Shown: piece by piece, positions 27,676 through 37,218 of the stretch
How the letters are laid out: each line of letters starts with the position of its first letter
Position numbering within the stretch: the first letter of the stretch is position 1
Assembly: GCA_030696105.1 (NCBI GenBank)
Contig: JAUYNJ010000001.1
Location: forward strand, 134,903-198,902
Length of the DNA: 64,000 bases
DNA from: a bacterium
Lineage (GTDB): Bacteria; Patescibacteriota; Patescibacteriia; Patescibacteriales; UBA12465
Reading direction: 5' to 3'
Made by a program: the position numbers and the translations under genes
Notes under the pieces: generated by a model
What the model was told of the DNA's origin: nothing
The model's database searches: none
Seen by the model: only the letters and a program-made list of their open reading frames with translations

Positions 27676-27951
27676 TTAAAAAAAGGGTGTTAATAAATCT
27701 TTAGTCAAAACAAGCCCTATGACCAAAGTTACTAAGCTCGCAACCTGAATAATTACTGCACCTATTTGAATTTTGATTAGCATATCAGAAATTCTCCATC
27801 CCTTATCCCTGTCTCTGCCGTGAAGCCACCCAAATGCGTGGTAATTGACAAATAACATGCAAATCATATTAATCAGCATGCCAAATACAATAAGGCCTAA
27901 ATAGAATATAGGCAGAGAAACTAATTCTCTAAAAAATTCTACACTTTCCAT
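27676..27951 (-). CDS. Small membrane protein (91 aa, 2 TM), unit 4
   Basis: Two hydrophobic helices; promoter TTGACA(28024-28019)-17-TGA-TATATT; AGTTCATTAAAA motif. Confidence 0.7.
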   Translation of the reverse strand: MESVEFFRELVSLPIFYLGLIVFGMLINMICMLFVNYHAFGWLHGRDRDKGWRISDMLIKIQIGAVIIQVASLVTLVIGLVLTKDLLTPFF

Positions 27952-28114
27952 GATTCTTGTTTTTTAAGGTTAGTATTTTAATGAACTATGCCTTTAATAT
28001 ATCACGTTTATTATATTTTGTCAATTAGCTTGGCCCTAGGGATTATTTGATAAATTAATACAAAAAAAGACCCTTGATGTTATCGCGGGTCTTGCGTTGT
28101 TTTAACTAACGTCA

Positions 28115-28435
28115 TTAACCAACAATTGATTGTCTTTTACTTGGCATTAGCATGCCAATAAAACACAAGGTATATGTCAAAATATTTAAAACAAGCGTTA
28201 ATTTTGACACTTCGAGAATAATTACCTGAGACAAGGAGAGTCCGATTATTCCGAGTCCCAGAAGGAATCCTTTGTTAGTTATTCTTTTGTTTAAATTATA
28301 TTTAGGGTTTGCAATAACGATTGCTGTTAAGATGCTGGCAAGCATTGGCCCTATATATAATAAAAAGGATAAAACGAAAGAAAGGAGCAAAACTAAAATT
28401 GATACCCCGATCCATTTAATAGATTGTGCTTTCAT
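28115..28435 (-). CDS. Small membrane protein (106 aa), unit 5
   Basis: 3-4 hydrophobic helices; promoter TTGACA(28505-28500)-17-TGA-TATAGT; terminator at about 28062-28093. Confidence 0.7.
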   Translation of the reverse strand: MKAQSIKWIGVSILVLLLSFVLSFLLYIGPMLASILTAIVIANPKYNLNKRITNKGFLLGLGIIGLSLSQVIILEVSKLTLVLNILTYTLCFIGMLMPSKRQSIVG

Positions 28436-28653
28436 CTCCGTGTGTTTTTGGTTTGTTTTTAAATAACTGTGCTTTTACTATATCATATTTATTAAATTCT
28501 GTCAACTAGTTTATACTCCCGTAACGGCTACCCCTTTTTTTAAACAAAATAGCCTTACATGTTTCCTTAATATTGGTGACTTGCGTGGTCGCTCCGCCTC
28601 AGAATACTGACCGCCGCTTGTCCGCTTCCCAGCAGGGATTACGTATTTATAGC

Positions 28654-28685
28654 AAAAAACACCCCTTTTTATTGGGATGTTTTTT
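28654..28685 (-). terminator. Intrinsic terminator after tRNA-His
   Basis: AAAAAACACCCC...GGGATGTTTTTT. Confidence 0.65.
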
Positions 28686-28698
28686 ATTCACTACTAGG

Positions 28699-28770
28699 GG
28701 TGCCTATCGGGAATCGAACCCGAAATAACAGGACCACAACCTGCTGTGTTACCACTACACCATAGGCACC
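28699..28770 (-). tRNA. tRNA-His(GTG)
   Basis: G-1 GTGCCTA...GCAGG-TTGTGGT-CCTGT...GGTTCGATTCC...TAGGCAC-C. Confidence 0.95.
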
Positions 28771-28805
28771 ATGTTAATCTTAATTACTTAAGACTCATTA
28801 TTTAA

Positions 28806-28949
28806 TTATTCAGCGTCTCCGCAATGGTGTTCGCAGCGACTGCAGTCACAACTAAAATCCATTGAAAACATGTTTTCAATTTCTTCTCTTGTCTTCTTTT
28901 CGCTTACTGGCTTTACAGCAGCCTTAGCCTTAACAGTTTTCTTTTCCAT
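28806..28949 (-). CDS. 47-aa small protein with a C-terminal CxCxxCxxxC motif (below the ORF-track cutoff)
   Basis: MEKKTVKAKAAVKPVSEKKTREEIENMFSMDFSCDCSRCEHHCGDAE*; fills the gap between two tRNAs, AT-rich leader. Confidence 0.65.
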   Translation of the reverse strand: MEKKTVKAKAAVKPVSEKKTREEIENMFSMDFSCDCSRCEHHCGDAE

Positions 28950-28979
28950 ATATAATTGAATTAATGAATTAATTAAACG

Positions 28980-29051
28980 TACGCCCAGTAGGAATCGAAC
29001 CTACGTAACCAGCTTAGAAGGCTGGTGTTCTATCCATTGAACTATGGGCGC
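28980..29051 (-). tRNA. tRNA-Arg(TCT)
   Basis: GCGCCCA...CCAGC-CTTCTAA-GCTGG...GGTTCGATTCC...TGGGCGT-A. Confidence 0.95.
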
Positions 29052-29101
29052 TCCCTTTATCAATTTGATAATACTAGATAAAAAACTGACTGTCAATTAA
29101 A

Positions 29102-29896
29102 TTATTTCTTCTTAATATTAGCCCCGTTCTTTAAATCACGTTGTCTTTTTGCCTCAAAAATGATAATGGCGGCACTAACGGAAACATTTAAGGAGTCGAT
29201 TCCGGTTTGCATGGGGATGATAATATTCTTGTCGGCCTCTTTAATCCAAAAATCGCTTAAGCCAGTTGCCTCCGTGCCCATGATGATTGCTGCGCCCTCT
29301 GACCAATCAACCTCTGTGTATGGGGTCGCGGCTGTTATATTCGTAGCAAGTACTTTTATTTTATTCTTCTTCAGCCAGGCTAATGTTTCCGCTTCATCGG
29401 CGATGGCGACCTGATCGCTAAATACATGACCGGAGCTGGCTTTAATGACGTTGGGATTATAGAAGTCGGTTTGAAGGTTATTGATAATCACCGCATCAAT
29501 GTTAGCGGCGTAGGCGGTCCGCAGCATCGCACCCAGATTACCTGGTTTCTCCACCGCCTCTAAAACCAGAACCAGTGGATTTGCTTTTAATTTTAAATCG
29601 TCCAGTGTGCGGTAGCGGGGCTTAACCAGAGCCAACCAACCATTTGGGTTGTCGGCGTAGGCGGCCTTTTTAAAAACCTCAAGACTAACGGGAGTCGGTA
29701 TAATCGGTGCCTGCTTCCAATCTTCTGTACTTAGTTCAGGACAGTGTAATAGTTCAACAAATTCAAAACCATAGTCAAAGGCGACTTTTATTTCTCTTAA
29801 GCCGTCGACGATAACCAAATCTTGCTGCTTACGTGCTCTGGCTTTCCGTAGTTTAACAATATTTTTTATCAACGTGTTTTGGGGACTGGTAATCAT
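29102..29896 (-). CDS. TrmH/SpoU-family RNA 2'-O-methyltransferase
   Basis: ITSPQN, EKPGNLGAMLRTA, MGTEATGLS, IPMQTGIDSLNVSVS. Confidence 0.93.
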   Translation of the reverse strand: MITSPQNTLIKNIVKLRKARARKQQDLVIVDGLREIKVAFDYGFEFVELLHCPELSTEDWKQAPIIPTPVSLEVFKKAAYADNPNGWLALVKPRYRTLDDLKLKANPLVLVLEAVEKPGNLGAMLRTAYAANIDAVIINNLQTDFYNPNVIKASSGHVFSDQVAIADEAETLAWLKKNKIKVLATNITAATPYTEVDWSEGAAIIMGTEATGLSDFWIKEADKNIIIPMQTGIDSLNVSVSAAIIIFEAKRQRDLKNGANIKKK

Positions 29897-30034
29897 ATAT
29901 TTTTACTATCTACAGATTATAGGGTATTTGACAAAATTTCAATACTCTTATGAATTAGTTGCTATATTTTTGTTTTCGTCTTTTTCATTATAGGGAAAAG
30001 TCTGTTATAATGTGGTTGTTATTATATACATATT

Positions 30035-30943
30035 ATGAGTAAAAAAGCCCAAATACGCTATAACCTTCTTTCGGGACAGAGTGTCATTTTTGCCCCTGAA
30101 CGTGAAAAAAGACCTAATGATACCAAAAAAAAGAAGTCTACTGACTGTCCTTTTTGTATTGAGAATGTAGCGAAGAGTAAGATTATTAGCCAAGTGCCGA
30201 CTTCCGGTAAATGGCAGGCAGTGTCAATTAAGAACGTTTTCCCTGTAATGTCAGCTGATAACAAGCAGGCATATGGTTTTCAGGAGGTTGTTATTGATAC
30301 TCCTGCTCATCTAGAAAATTTTTCTGACTTGGGCGTGGAACAAATAGAGGCAGTTTTACGGTTATATCAAGTCCGTAGTGAAAAATTGATGCGCGATAAA
30401 AATATTAAATATATCCTCTGCTTCAAAAATCAAGGCAAAGCGGCAGGCGCCTCCCTTCGACACATTCACTCACAAATATTTGCTTCCACTATTTTGCCTC
30501 CCGATATTATTGAAGAGCGCAAACGGGTTGCAATCTTAAAAGCAGAAAGCAGTCGCTGTCCCTATTGTGACTTAAGTAAACAGGAAGAGCGTGGTGATTT
30601 AGAAATATATAGTGATTCAAATATCGTTGCCTTCTGCCCATTTGCCTCATCCTATCCATATGAGGCTTGGGTTATAACGCGCCGTCACGTAGATAACATT
30701 GCTTTATTAAAAACTTCTGAAATCACTTCTCTTGCTAAAGCTTTGAAATTAATTTCTCAAAAATTAAAAGATTTGGGGTGCGATTTCAATTTTTTCACTC
30801 ATAACGACATTGATAATGAGAATCAACATTTTTATTTAAAGGTTCAACCGCGCCGAGGTGTCTGGGCCGGTGTTGAATTAGGCTCCGGATTAATAATTAA
30901 TACTGTTTTACCAGAAAAAGCCGCTAAGCATTATCGTCAATAA
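30035..30943 (+). CDS. galT: Galactose-1-phosphate uridylyltransferase-like (GalT/HIT superfamily)
   Basis: APEREKRP, CPFC, FKNQGKAAGASLRHIHSQ, CPFAS.YPYE.W. Confidence 0.8.
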   Translation: MSKKAQIRYNLLSGQSVIFAPEREKRPNDTKKKKSTDCPFCIENVAKSKIISQVPTSGKWQAVSIKNVFPVMSADNKQAYGFQEVVIDTPAHLENFSDLGVEQIEAVLRLYQVRSEKLMRDKNIKYILCFKNQGKAAGASLRHIHSQIFASTILPPDIIEERKRVAILKAESSRCPYCDLSKQEERGDLEIYSDSNIVAFCPFASSYPYEAWVITRRHVDNIALLKTSEITSLAKALKLISQKLKDLGCDFNFFTHNDIDNENQHFYLKVQPRRGVWAGVELGSGLIINTVLPEKAAKHYRQ

Positions 30944-30951
30944 TAATATAT

Positions 30952-33462
30952 ATGCCCATACCAAAATTAAAAACTGTTTCTTCTCCTAAAGCTGAGTTCT
31001 GGAGAAATAAAGATAAACGAAAATCACCAAGTAGTTGGAAGAAGAAAATTCTACTAGCTCTTGTTATTTTTGCATCACTCGGATTACTTTCATCCTTTAT
31101 TCTTGTGGCCTGGGTTTCCCGTGATCTTCCGGAACCAAACCAACTAATCGATCGTGATGTTGCACAGAGCACTAAAATTTTTGATCGTAGCGGTGAAAAC
31201 GTTCTCTATGAAATTCATGGTGATGAAAAACGTACATTGATGAGCCTGGATGAAATCCCCGACAACGCTAAAAATGCAACTATTGCCATTGAAGATAAGA
31301 ACTTCTACAGACATGGTGGTTTTAGTGTTTGGGCAATGTTTCGAACGCTGGTAACAAATGTTATGTATAACCGCCGCGCCGGTGGCTCAACTTTAACACA
31401 GCAGTTTGTTAAGAACGCAATTCTAACCTCTGAGAAAAAAATTACAAGAAAAATTAAGGAAATTGTTTTAGCGCAACGCATCGAAAAGAAATTTTCTAAA
31501 GATGAGGTCTTGCAAATGTACTTAAACGAAATCCCCTACGGCTCTAATGCTTATGGAATTGAAGCGGCGAGCCAAAAATACTTTGGAAAAAGTGTACGTG
31601 ATATTAACTTAGCCGAATCCGCCTTACTTGCCGCATTAATTCAAACACCAAGTCGCTACTCGCCTTATGGACCCAACAAAGAGCTTTTATTAGGACGTAA
31701 AGATTATGTTCTAACCTTAATGGCGGAACAAGGGTATATCACGGAACCAGAAAAAGAGGCTGCTAAAAGCTATGAGTTTGTATTTCAACAGGCCGAAACC
31801 AGTATTAACGCACCTCACTTTGTCATGATGGTAAAGCAAATTCTTTCCGAAAAATATGGTGAGAGTGAAGTGGAGCGTGGCGGCTTAAAAATTTACACCA
31901 CCCTAGACTGGGATAAACAAAAGTTTGCCGAGGAGGTTATTAAAGAAAAAACTGAGAATTATAAAGAAAAATATAATGCTGACAACGCTTCTCTTGTAGC
32001 CATTGATCCTAAAACTGGTCAGGTCTTAGCACTAGTGGGCTCACGTGACTACTTTAATGATGAAATTAAAGGTCAGGTTAACGTAGCTGATCGACCCCGC
32101 CAACCCGGCTCTTCTTTAAAACCAATAGTCTACGCCGCCTTATTTGAGCAGGGATACACCCCCAACACAAAGTTATACGATGTTGTAACAAATTTCTCCA
32201 CCAACCCCAGCGAACCTTATATTCCTCAAAATTACAGCGGTGGCGAGCTTGGTCCCGTTTCTATTAGACAGGCCTTGGCTGGCTCTTTAAACATCCCCGC
32301 CGTTAAAGCAATTTATCTTGCTGGAATCAATCAAGTTATTAATCTCACTGAAAACCTTGGCTATAGCACTTTATCCGATCGCAGTCGTTTTGGTTTAGCC
32401 CTTGTTTTAGGAGGTGGAGAAATTAAACTGTTAGAGCACACTAATGCTTATAGTGCTTTCGCGCGTGAGGGTAAGGTTAATGAGCTTTCCTACATCCTTA
32501 AAATTGAAGATAAAGACGGAAAAATACTAGAAGAATATCAACAAAAAGAAAGCCGCGCTTTAACAACCGAGACTGCTCGCAAGATTAATAGTATTTTAAG
32601 TGATAATGAAGCACGCGCTTATGTCTTCGGAACAAGAAACACCCTAACACTTGGTAGTCGTCCCGTAGGAGCCAAGACGGGCACCACCAACGATTTTAAA
32701 GACGCTTGGACGATAGGTTACACCCCCTCGCTCGTAGCGGGCGTCTGGGTGGGTAATACCGATAACTCCAAAATGAGCAGCGGTGCTGATGGTAGTGTTA
32801 TTGCCGCACCAATCTGGAATGAATTTATGAAGCGAGCCCTTGGTGACTCGCCGGTTGAAACTTTTAACCCCTGGGATGGTAAAAATACCGGTAAAGCCGC
32901 AATAGATGGTGAAGTATCGGGATCCCGCAAGATTATAGTCGATATCTCAACCGGTCTACCTGCCGGCATTGATACACCCGATGAATTAAAGCAGGAATTA
33001 GAGGTCTTTAATCATCACTCCATTCTTCATTATATAAATCGTGAAGATCCCCTTGGACCCGAACCGGAAAAACCAGAGGCTGACCCTCAATATCTGGTTT
33101 GGGAAGAAGCTATAAGAAAGTGGGCGGAAAAGAATAACCAGGAATCAAATCAGGAGCTTATTAATAACGTTGAACAGATAAAACCAGAAAACACACCGAG
33201 TATTAACTTCATATCCCCTGGCGATGGTGAGCTTGTAAACTCCAATATAATCTTAATTAAGGTTGAGGCAAGCGCGCCGCGTGGCATTAAAACAATTAAA
33301 TATTTATTAAATGATGTTATTCTTGCTGGCGGTGGTTCCGAGTCAGAAATAAATGCTGCTCTTGATGGACTGGAAAATGGTTATCATAAGTTAACCGCCA
33401 CCGCTTGTGATGATGTTGGAAACTGTAACAGCGCTAGTATAAATATAAATTTAGTAAGATAA
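30952..33462 (+). CDS. Class A penicillin-binding protein (PBP1A family) with a C-terminal Ig-like domain
   Basis: EDKNFY.H.G, GGSTLTQQFVKN, RKIKE, SSLK, SLN and KTGT motifs. Confidence 0.95.
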   Translation: MPIPKLKTVSSPKAEFWRNKDKRKSPSSWKKKILLALVIFASLGLLSSFILVAWVSRDLPEPNQLIDRDVAQSTKIFDRSGENVLYEIHGDEKRTLMSLDEIPDNAKNATIAIEDKNFYRHGGFSVWAMFRTLVTNVMYNRRAGGSTLTQQFVKNAILTSEKKITRKIKEIVLAQRIEKKFSKDEVLQMYLNEIPYGSNAYGIEAASQKYFGKSVRDINLAESALLAALIQTPSRYSPYGPNKELLLGRKDYVLTLMAEQGYITEPEKEAAKSYEFVFQQAETSINAPHFVMMVKQILSEKYGESEVERGGLKIYTTLDWDKQKFAEEVIKEKTENYKEKYNADNASLVAIDPKTGQVLALVGSRDYFNDEIKGQVNVADRPRQPGSSLKPIVYAALFEQGYTPNTKLYDVVTNFSTNPSEPYIPQNYSGGELGPVSIRQALAGSLNIPAVKAIYLAGINQVINLTENLGYSTLSDRSRFGLALVLGGGEIKLLEHTNAYSAFAREGKVNELSYILKIEDKDGKILEEYQQKESRALTTETARKINSILSDNEARAYVFGTRNTLTLGSRPVGAKTGTTNDFKDAWTIGYTPSLVAGVWVGNTDNSKMSSGADGSVIAAPIWNEFMKRALGDSPVETFNPWDGKNTGKAAIDGEVSGSRKIIVDISTGLPAGIDTPDELKQELEVFNHHSILHYINREDPLGPEPEKPEADPQYLVWEEAIRKWAEKNNQESNQELINNVEQIKPENTPSINFISPGDGELVNSNIILIKVEASAPRGIKTIKYLLNDVILAGGGSESEINAALDGLENGYHKLTATACDDVGNCNSASININLVR

Positions 33463-33474
33463 TTTCTTCAATAC

Positions 33475-33505
33475 AAAAAAGCCACTGATTATCAGTGGCT
33501 TTTTT
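33475..33505. terminator. Bidirectional intrinsic terminator
   Basis: AAAAAAGCCACTGAT-T-ATCAGTGGCTTTTTT. Confidence 0.85.
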
Positions 33506-33517
33506 AACAGACTCTTC

Positions 33518-34639
33518 CTAATTTCTAATTGGCATTACAATATATAAATAGTTCTCATCGTCAGTAGTGCTTACAGCACAAGGGGTGTTGTTATTAATAA
33601 TCTTAATACTAACTGTATCACTCTCAATAATATTTAACCCATCAAGTAAGTAACGATAATTAATCGTAATATCGTTATCATCGCCGCTCAGGTCTCCACT
33701 TAAATCAATTGAACTCTCACCACTTTGCCCTGATGAAGAAAAAATATTAACTAATCCTTTTTTAAACACCAGCGAAATATCCTGCACCCCAACCCGAGAA
33801 AAAATTGATGATGCTTTTAAGGCTCTAATTAAATCTTGTCTTTTAACTACCATTTCAGTTTTATACTTATCAGGGATAATTTGTTTATAGTCCGGATATT
33901 GACCATTAATAAGGCGTGAGATTAATTCAACCGAATCAAGTGCAAATAATATTTGATTGTCAGCAATATAAATTTTTAAGATATCACTTTCGATTGCTTG
34001 AGGGTCAGCACTAATCCCAGAAATAATTCTTAAAACCTCCTGCACTGTTCTTGCTGGGACAATAACCCTACCTTCGTTTATATTACCACCTTTAACAGCG
34101 AGTTTTCGCTCTGACAGACGATAGCTATCAGTTGCCACTAGTGTTAGGTGCTCCTCATTAAATTCAAATAGAACCCCTGACAACTCTAAGCGGTTGTCAT
34201 TATTAGCAACGGCGAAAGCAACTCCACTTAAGGCCTTTTTAAAATCAAAAATATTAAACTCAGCATATCGTGAGCGATCAATTACTGGGATTAAAGGAAA
34301 CTCCTTAGCTGATTCTCCTTTTATTTTTGTCTTATAGTTACCACACTTCAGCGAAGCCTCATCCTCCTTCTCATTAAATTCAATCTTTTCTGAAGGTAAT
34401 AGGTTTACATAATCACTTATAATCTTTGCATCAACTGTTGTTTCCCCAAGCTCCTCCACCTTTGCTCTTAGTTGATGAGTGATACCAATCTCTAAATTAG
34501 TGCTAACCAACTCAAGACCACTCTCATTTGACCTTATAAGGATATTATTAAGAATAGGTAAGTTTATGTTTTTATTATTAATGTGACTAACAACTGCTAA
34601 TCCTTTTTTTAAGTTCTCCTGCAAGCAGATGAATTTCAT
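33518..34639 (-). CDS. dnaN: DNA polymerase III beta clamp
   Basis: LPILNNILI, STNLEI, VATDSYRLS, SRLINGQYPDY, YIVMPIR; downstream of dnaA. Confidence 0.97.
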   Translation of the reverse strand: MKFICLQENLKKGLAVVSHINNKNINLPILNNILIRSNESGLELVSTNLEIGITHQLRAKVEELGETTVDAKIISDYVNLLPSEKIEFNEKEDEASLKCGNYKTKIKGESAKEFPLIPVIDRSRYAEFNIFDFKKALSGVAFAVANNDNRLELSGVLFEFNEEHLTLVATDSYRLSERKLAVKGGNINEGRVIVPARTVQEVLRIISGISADPQAIESDILKIYIADNQILFALDSVELISRLINGQYPDYKQIIPDKYKTEMVVKRQDLIRALKASSIFSRVGVQDISLVFKKGLVNIFSSSGQSGESSIDLSGDLSGDDNDITINYRYLLDGLNIIESDTVSIKIINNNTPCAVSTTDDENYLYIVMPIRN

Positions 34640-34901
34640 ATATATTATATAATTTATATATATTTAATAAATAATAACAATAAGGGGTGGGGACAATTCA
34701 AAATTGATTGATTCTTTCGCTACTATTAGATGTGAACGCCTGTGATTTAGGTTCTGTGTAGACGGTGTAATTAGGCTTATATCAGGTGGACAGATTCCTG
34801 AGCTATTTAATAAGTGACGCTTGTTAACTATTAGTTAGACCTCTATACACAGCGACATGCACAGTATAAGTAGTGCTTACTAACAGGTAGTCCACAGACT
34901 T
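34640..34901. other. oriC (dnaA-dnaN intergenic): degenerate DnaA boxes, GC tract, DnaA-trio-like repeats and AT-rich DUE
   Basis: CTATACACA(34843), TAGTCCACA(34888), TGTGTAGAC(34755), TGGGGACAA(34688); minus strand box-CCCC-TTATTGTTATTAT-AT-rich. Confidence 0.75.
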
Positions 34902-36299
34902 TTAGTATAATGGGTTGGCGTATAGCTGCTTAATGGACTCTAGGTCTTGCTTTAACTTCTCATTATCATTCTCCTTTACCTCTCTAAGAATTTTGTTATA
35001 AGCGTGCATGGCGGTGGTGTGGTCTCTTCCACCTATTTCTTGGCCGATACTTGGATAAGAGGAACTCAGCTCTTCACGAATTAAGTATATAGCGACCTGC
35101 CGGGGGCCAACCAACTCTTTACGGCGGCTATTACCAGATATTTCTTTCAGACTAACTTCATAAAAACGTGAAACCGCTTCAATAATTTCCTTAGCGGTAA
35201 GTGACTTTGCTTGTAAACTGGAAACATAATCACTTAAAGCGTTTCGAACACTCTTTAAAGTTGGCACCGAGTTGCTTAATTGGTGAATAACAACAACCTT
35301 ATTTAAAGCACCTTCAAGCTCACGAATATTATTCTGAACATTATTTGCGATATAAATTAAGACATCTTTATCAAGTGGAAAACCCTTTTCAATTGATTTG
35401 CGCTCTAAAATTGCAATTTTAGTCTCCATATCAGGTTTCCCAACATCGGCAACCATACCAGACTCAAAACGAGATATTAATCTTTTTTCAATCGCTGGGA
35501 TTGACTTGGGTGGGCGATCTGAGGTCATTACAATCTGTTTATCTCCCTGCTGTAGTTCATTAAAGGTATGAAAAAACTCTTCTTGAGTACCGTCTTTTCC
35601 ACCCATGAACTGGACATCATCAACTAATAATAAATCAACGTTGCGGTAAATATTTTTAAAGTCTTTCGCTTTTCCAGTTTGAACAGCCTGAATATAATTA
35701 TTCGTAAACTTTTCACTGGTTGCGTATAAAATTTTATCAGTATGTTTAGCAACCTCGTTGCCGATGGCTTGTAGGAGATGGGTCTTACCTAATCCAACAC
35801 CACCATAAATAAATAAAGGGTTGTAAGCCTTGCCTAGATTATTTACTACTGCACGGCAAGCAGCGTGAGCTAATTCATTTCCACGCCCAACCACAAAATT
35901 ATCAAATACATATTTAGGATTTAAACCAAAGCGATTAGCGGTAACAGCCTTTACAGTGGTGTCCGGAGTTTGAATTTTAGATTCAGAAACAGAAGCATCC
36001 TCAGTATTTTTTATTTGACGCACATTTAAACCAATATTATTTGAGCCATGGCGCAACTCAATTTTATAAATAATCTCGTGCAGTTTATGCTTCGTAATAT
36101 TTTCTAAAGAGTTTACAATATTCTTGTGATACTTTTCTTCCAACCATTTTTTTACAAATGCGTTAGGTACACAAATAATTGCCCGTCCATCTTCGAAGGA
36201 TGACAGGAAGGTATCTTTAAACCATGTTACAAAATTAACCCGAGAAAGGTTAATCTCTAACTCGCCTAGGGTTGCTTGCCAAATTTGATCATTATTCAT
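34902..36299 (-). CDS. dnaA: Chromosomal replication initiator DnaA
   Basis: YNPLFIYGGVGLGKTHL, LLVDDVQF, QEEFFHTFN, NIRELEGAL, GRDHTT. Confidence 0.99.
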   Translation of the reverse strand: MNNDQIWQATLGELEINLSRVNFVTWFKDTFLSSFEDGRAIICVPNAFVKKWLEEKYHKNIVNSLENITKHKLHEIIYKIELRHGSNNIGLNVRQIKNTEDASVSESKIQTPDTTVKAVTANRFGLNPKYVFDNFVVGRGNELAHAACRAVVNNLGKAYNPLFIYGGVGLGKTHLLQAIGNEVAKHTDKILYATSEKFTNNYIQAVQTGKAKDFKNIYRNVDLLLVDDVQFMGGKDGTQEEFFHTFNELQQGDKQIVMTSDRPPKSIPAIEKRLISRFESGMVADVGKPDMETKIAILERKSIEKGFPLDKDVLIYIANNVQNNIRELEGALNKVVVIHQLSNSVPTLKSVRNALSDYVSSLQAKSLTAKEIIEAVSRFYEVSLKEISGNSRRKELVGPRQVAIYLIREELSSSYPSIGQEIGGRDHTTAMHAYNKILREVKENDNEKLKQDLESIKQLYANPLY

Positions 36300-36465
36300 A
36301 AGCCTGATGTTTGTTTCTTTATTATAATGTATAAATACAGGGCTAACAAGCGATTCCTATGTTTACAAGGTGTTTATAATAAGTGCATAACTATTTCAGC
36401 TAAGATTGTTGACCTTTTAAAATATTAGTGTTATGTTAGATATAATTATTTAGAATCATTGTATT

Positions 36466-36603
36466 ATGCCCAAAAGAACGTATCAACCAAATAAGAAGCG
36501 CGCCTCTAAGAAGCACGGGTTCCTGAAACGCATGAGTACTAAGGATGGGCGTGATGTTTTGAAGCGCCGCCGCGACAAAGGACGCGAAGTATTGTCTAAA
36601 TAA
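36466..36603 (+). CDS. rpmH: 50S ribosomal protein L34 (missed by the ORF track)
   Basis: [40 protein letters not shown]; divergent from dnaA. Confidence 0.97.
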   Translation: MPKRTYQPNKKRASKKHGFLKRMSTKDGRDVLKRRRDKGREVLSK

Positions 36604-36616
36604 CTGGCTTTTCGCC

Positions 36617-36952
36617 ATGTTGCCAAGAAAATACAAATTATCTCTCAATAAAGATTTTGAAAAAACATTTAAGGCCGGCCGTAGTGTATACGGGCGGTTT
36701 TTAGGCTTTAAAATCATCAAAAATAATCTAGACTATTCTAGATTTGGCGTAGTGTTAGGAGTAAAAATAGAAAAAAGTGCAGTTAAAAGACATGTGTTAA
36801 AAAGGCGCGTTTATACAATATTAGAGAAGGTGCAGCTTAATTTATCAATTCCTTCTGATTGTGTTATAATTGCTTTAGCTGGAATTAAGGACGCCACAAT
36901 CACTGAACTTAGGCACGAAATTCTAGAAACGTTCGCTAAAATCAATAAATAA
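36617..36952 (+). CDS. rnpA: Ribonuclease P protein component
   Basis: L...DF..., [23 protein letters not shown]; synteny. Confidence 0.9.
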   Translation: MLPRKYKLSLNKDFEKTFKAGRSVYGRFLGFKIIKNNLDYSRFGVVLGVKIEKSAVKRHVLKRRVYTILEKVQLNLSIPSDCVIIALAGIKDATITELRHEILETFAKINK

Positions 36953-36956
36953 CGAT

Positions 36957-37214
36957 ATGCTAAAGCTGGTTTCTGCAATAATCGGCAATTTTTTGGTTTC
37001 CGTAATTAAGGTTTACCAAAAAACACTCTCTCCAGACCACGGGGTATTCAAATATAAGCATCCCTACGGTTTTTGTCGTTTTCATCCGACCTGCTCAAAT
37101 TATAGTATTCAGGCAATTGAAAAATATGGGCCACTTCTTGGCTCGCTAAAGGCGACCTGGCGGGTGTTGCGCTGCAACCCATTTAACAAAGGCGGTGAAG
37201 ACCCATTAAAATAA
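36957..37214 (+). CDS. yidD: Membrane protein insertion efficiency factor
   Basis: [32 protein letters not shown]. Confidence 0.95.
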   Translation: MLKLVSAIIGNFLVSVIKVYQKTLSPDHGVFKYKHPYGFCRFHPTCSNYSIQAIEKYGPLLGSLKATWRVLRCNPFNKGGEDPLK

Positions 37215-37218
37215 CATT

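Noticed and set aside
25250-28510. Classical integron or prophage interpretation of the cassette array
   Set aside because: No IntI or phage genes; the repeats sit in 5' leaders and lack attC RYYYAAC/GTTRRRY ends; no tRNA-His 3' duplication was found.
28861-28880. Perfect 20-bp palindrome ATTGAAAACATGTTTTCAAT
   Set aside because: Single AT-rich copy inside the small ORF, not matching the parS-like consensus; no supporting context.
36436-36720. 94-aa minus-strand ORF
   Set aside because: Antisense shadow of rpmH/rnpA.
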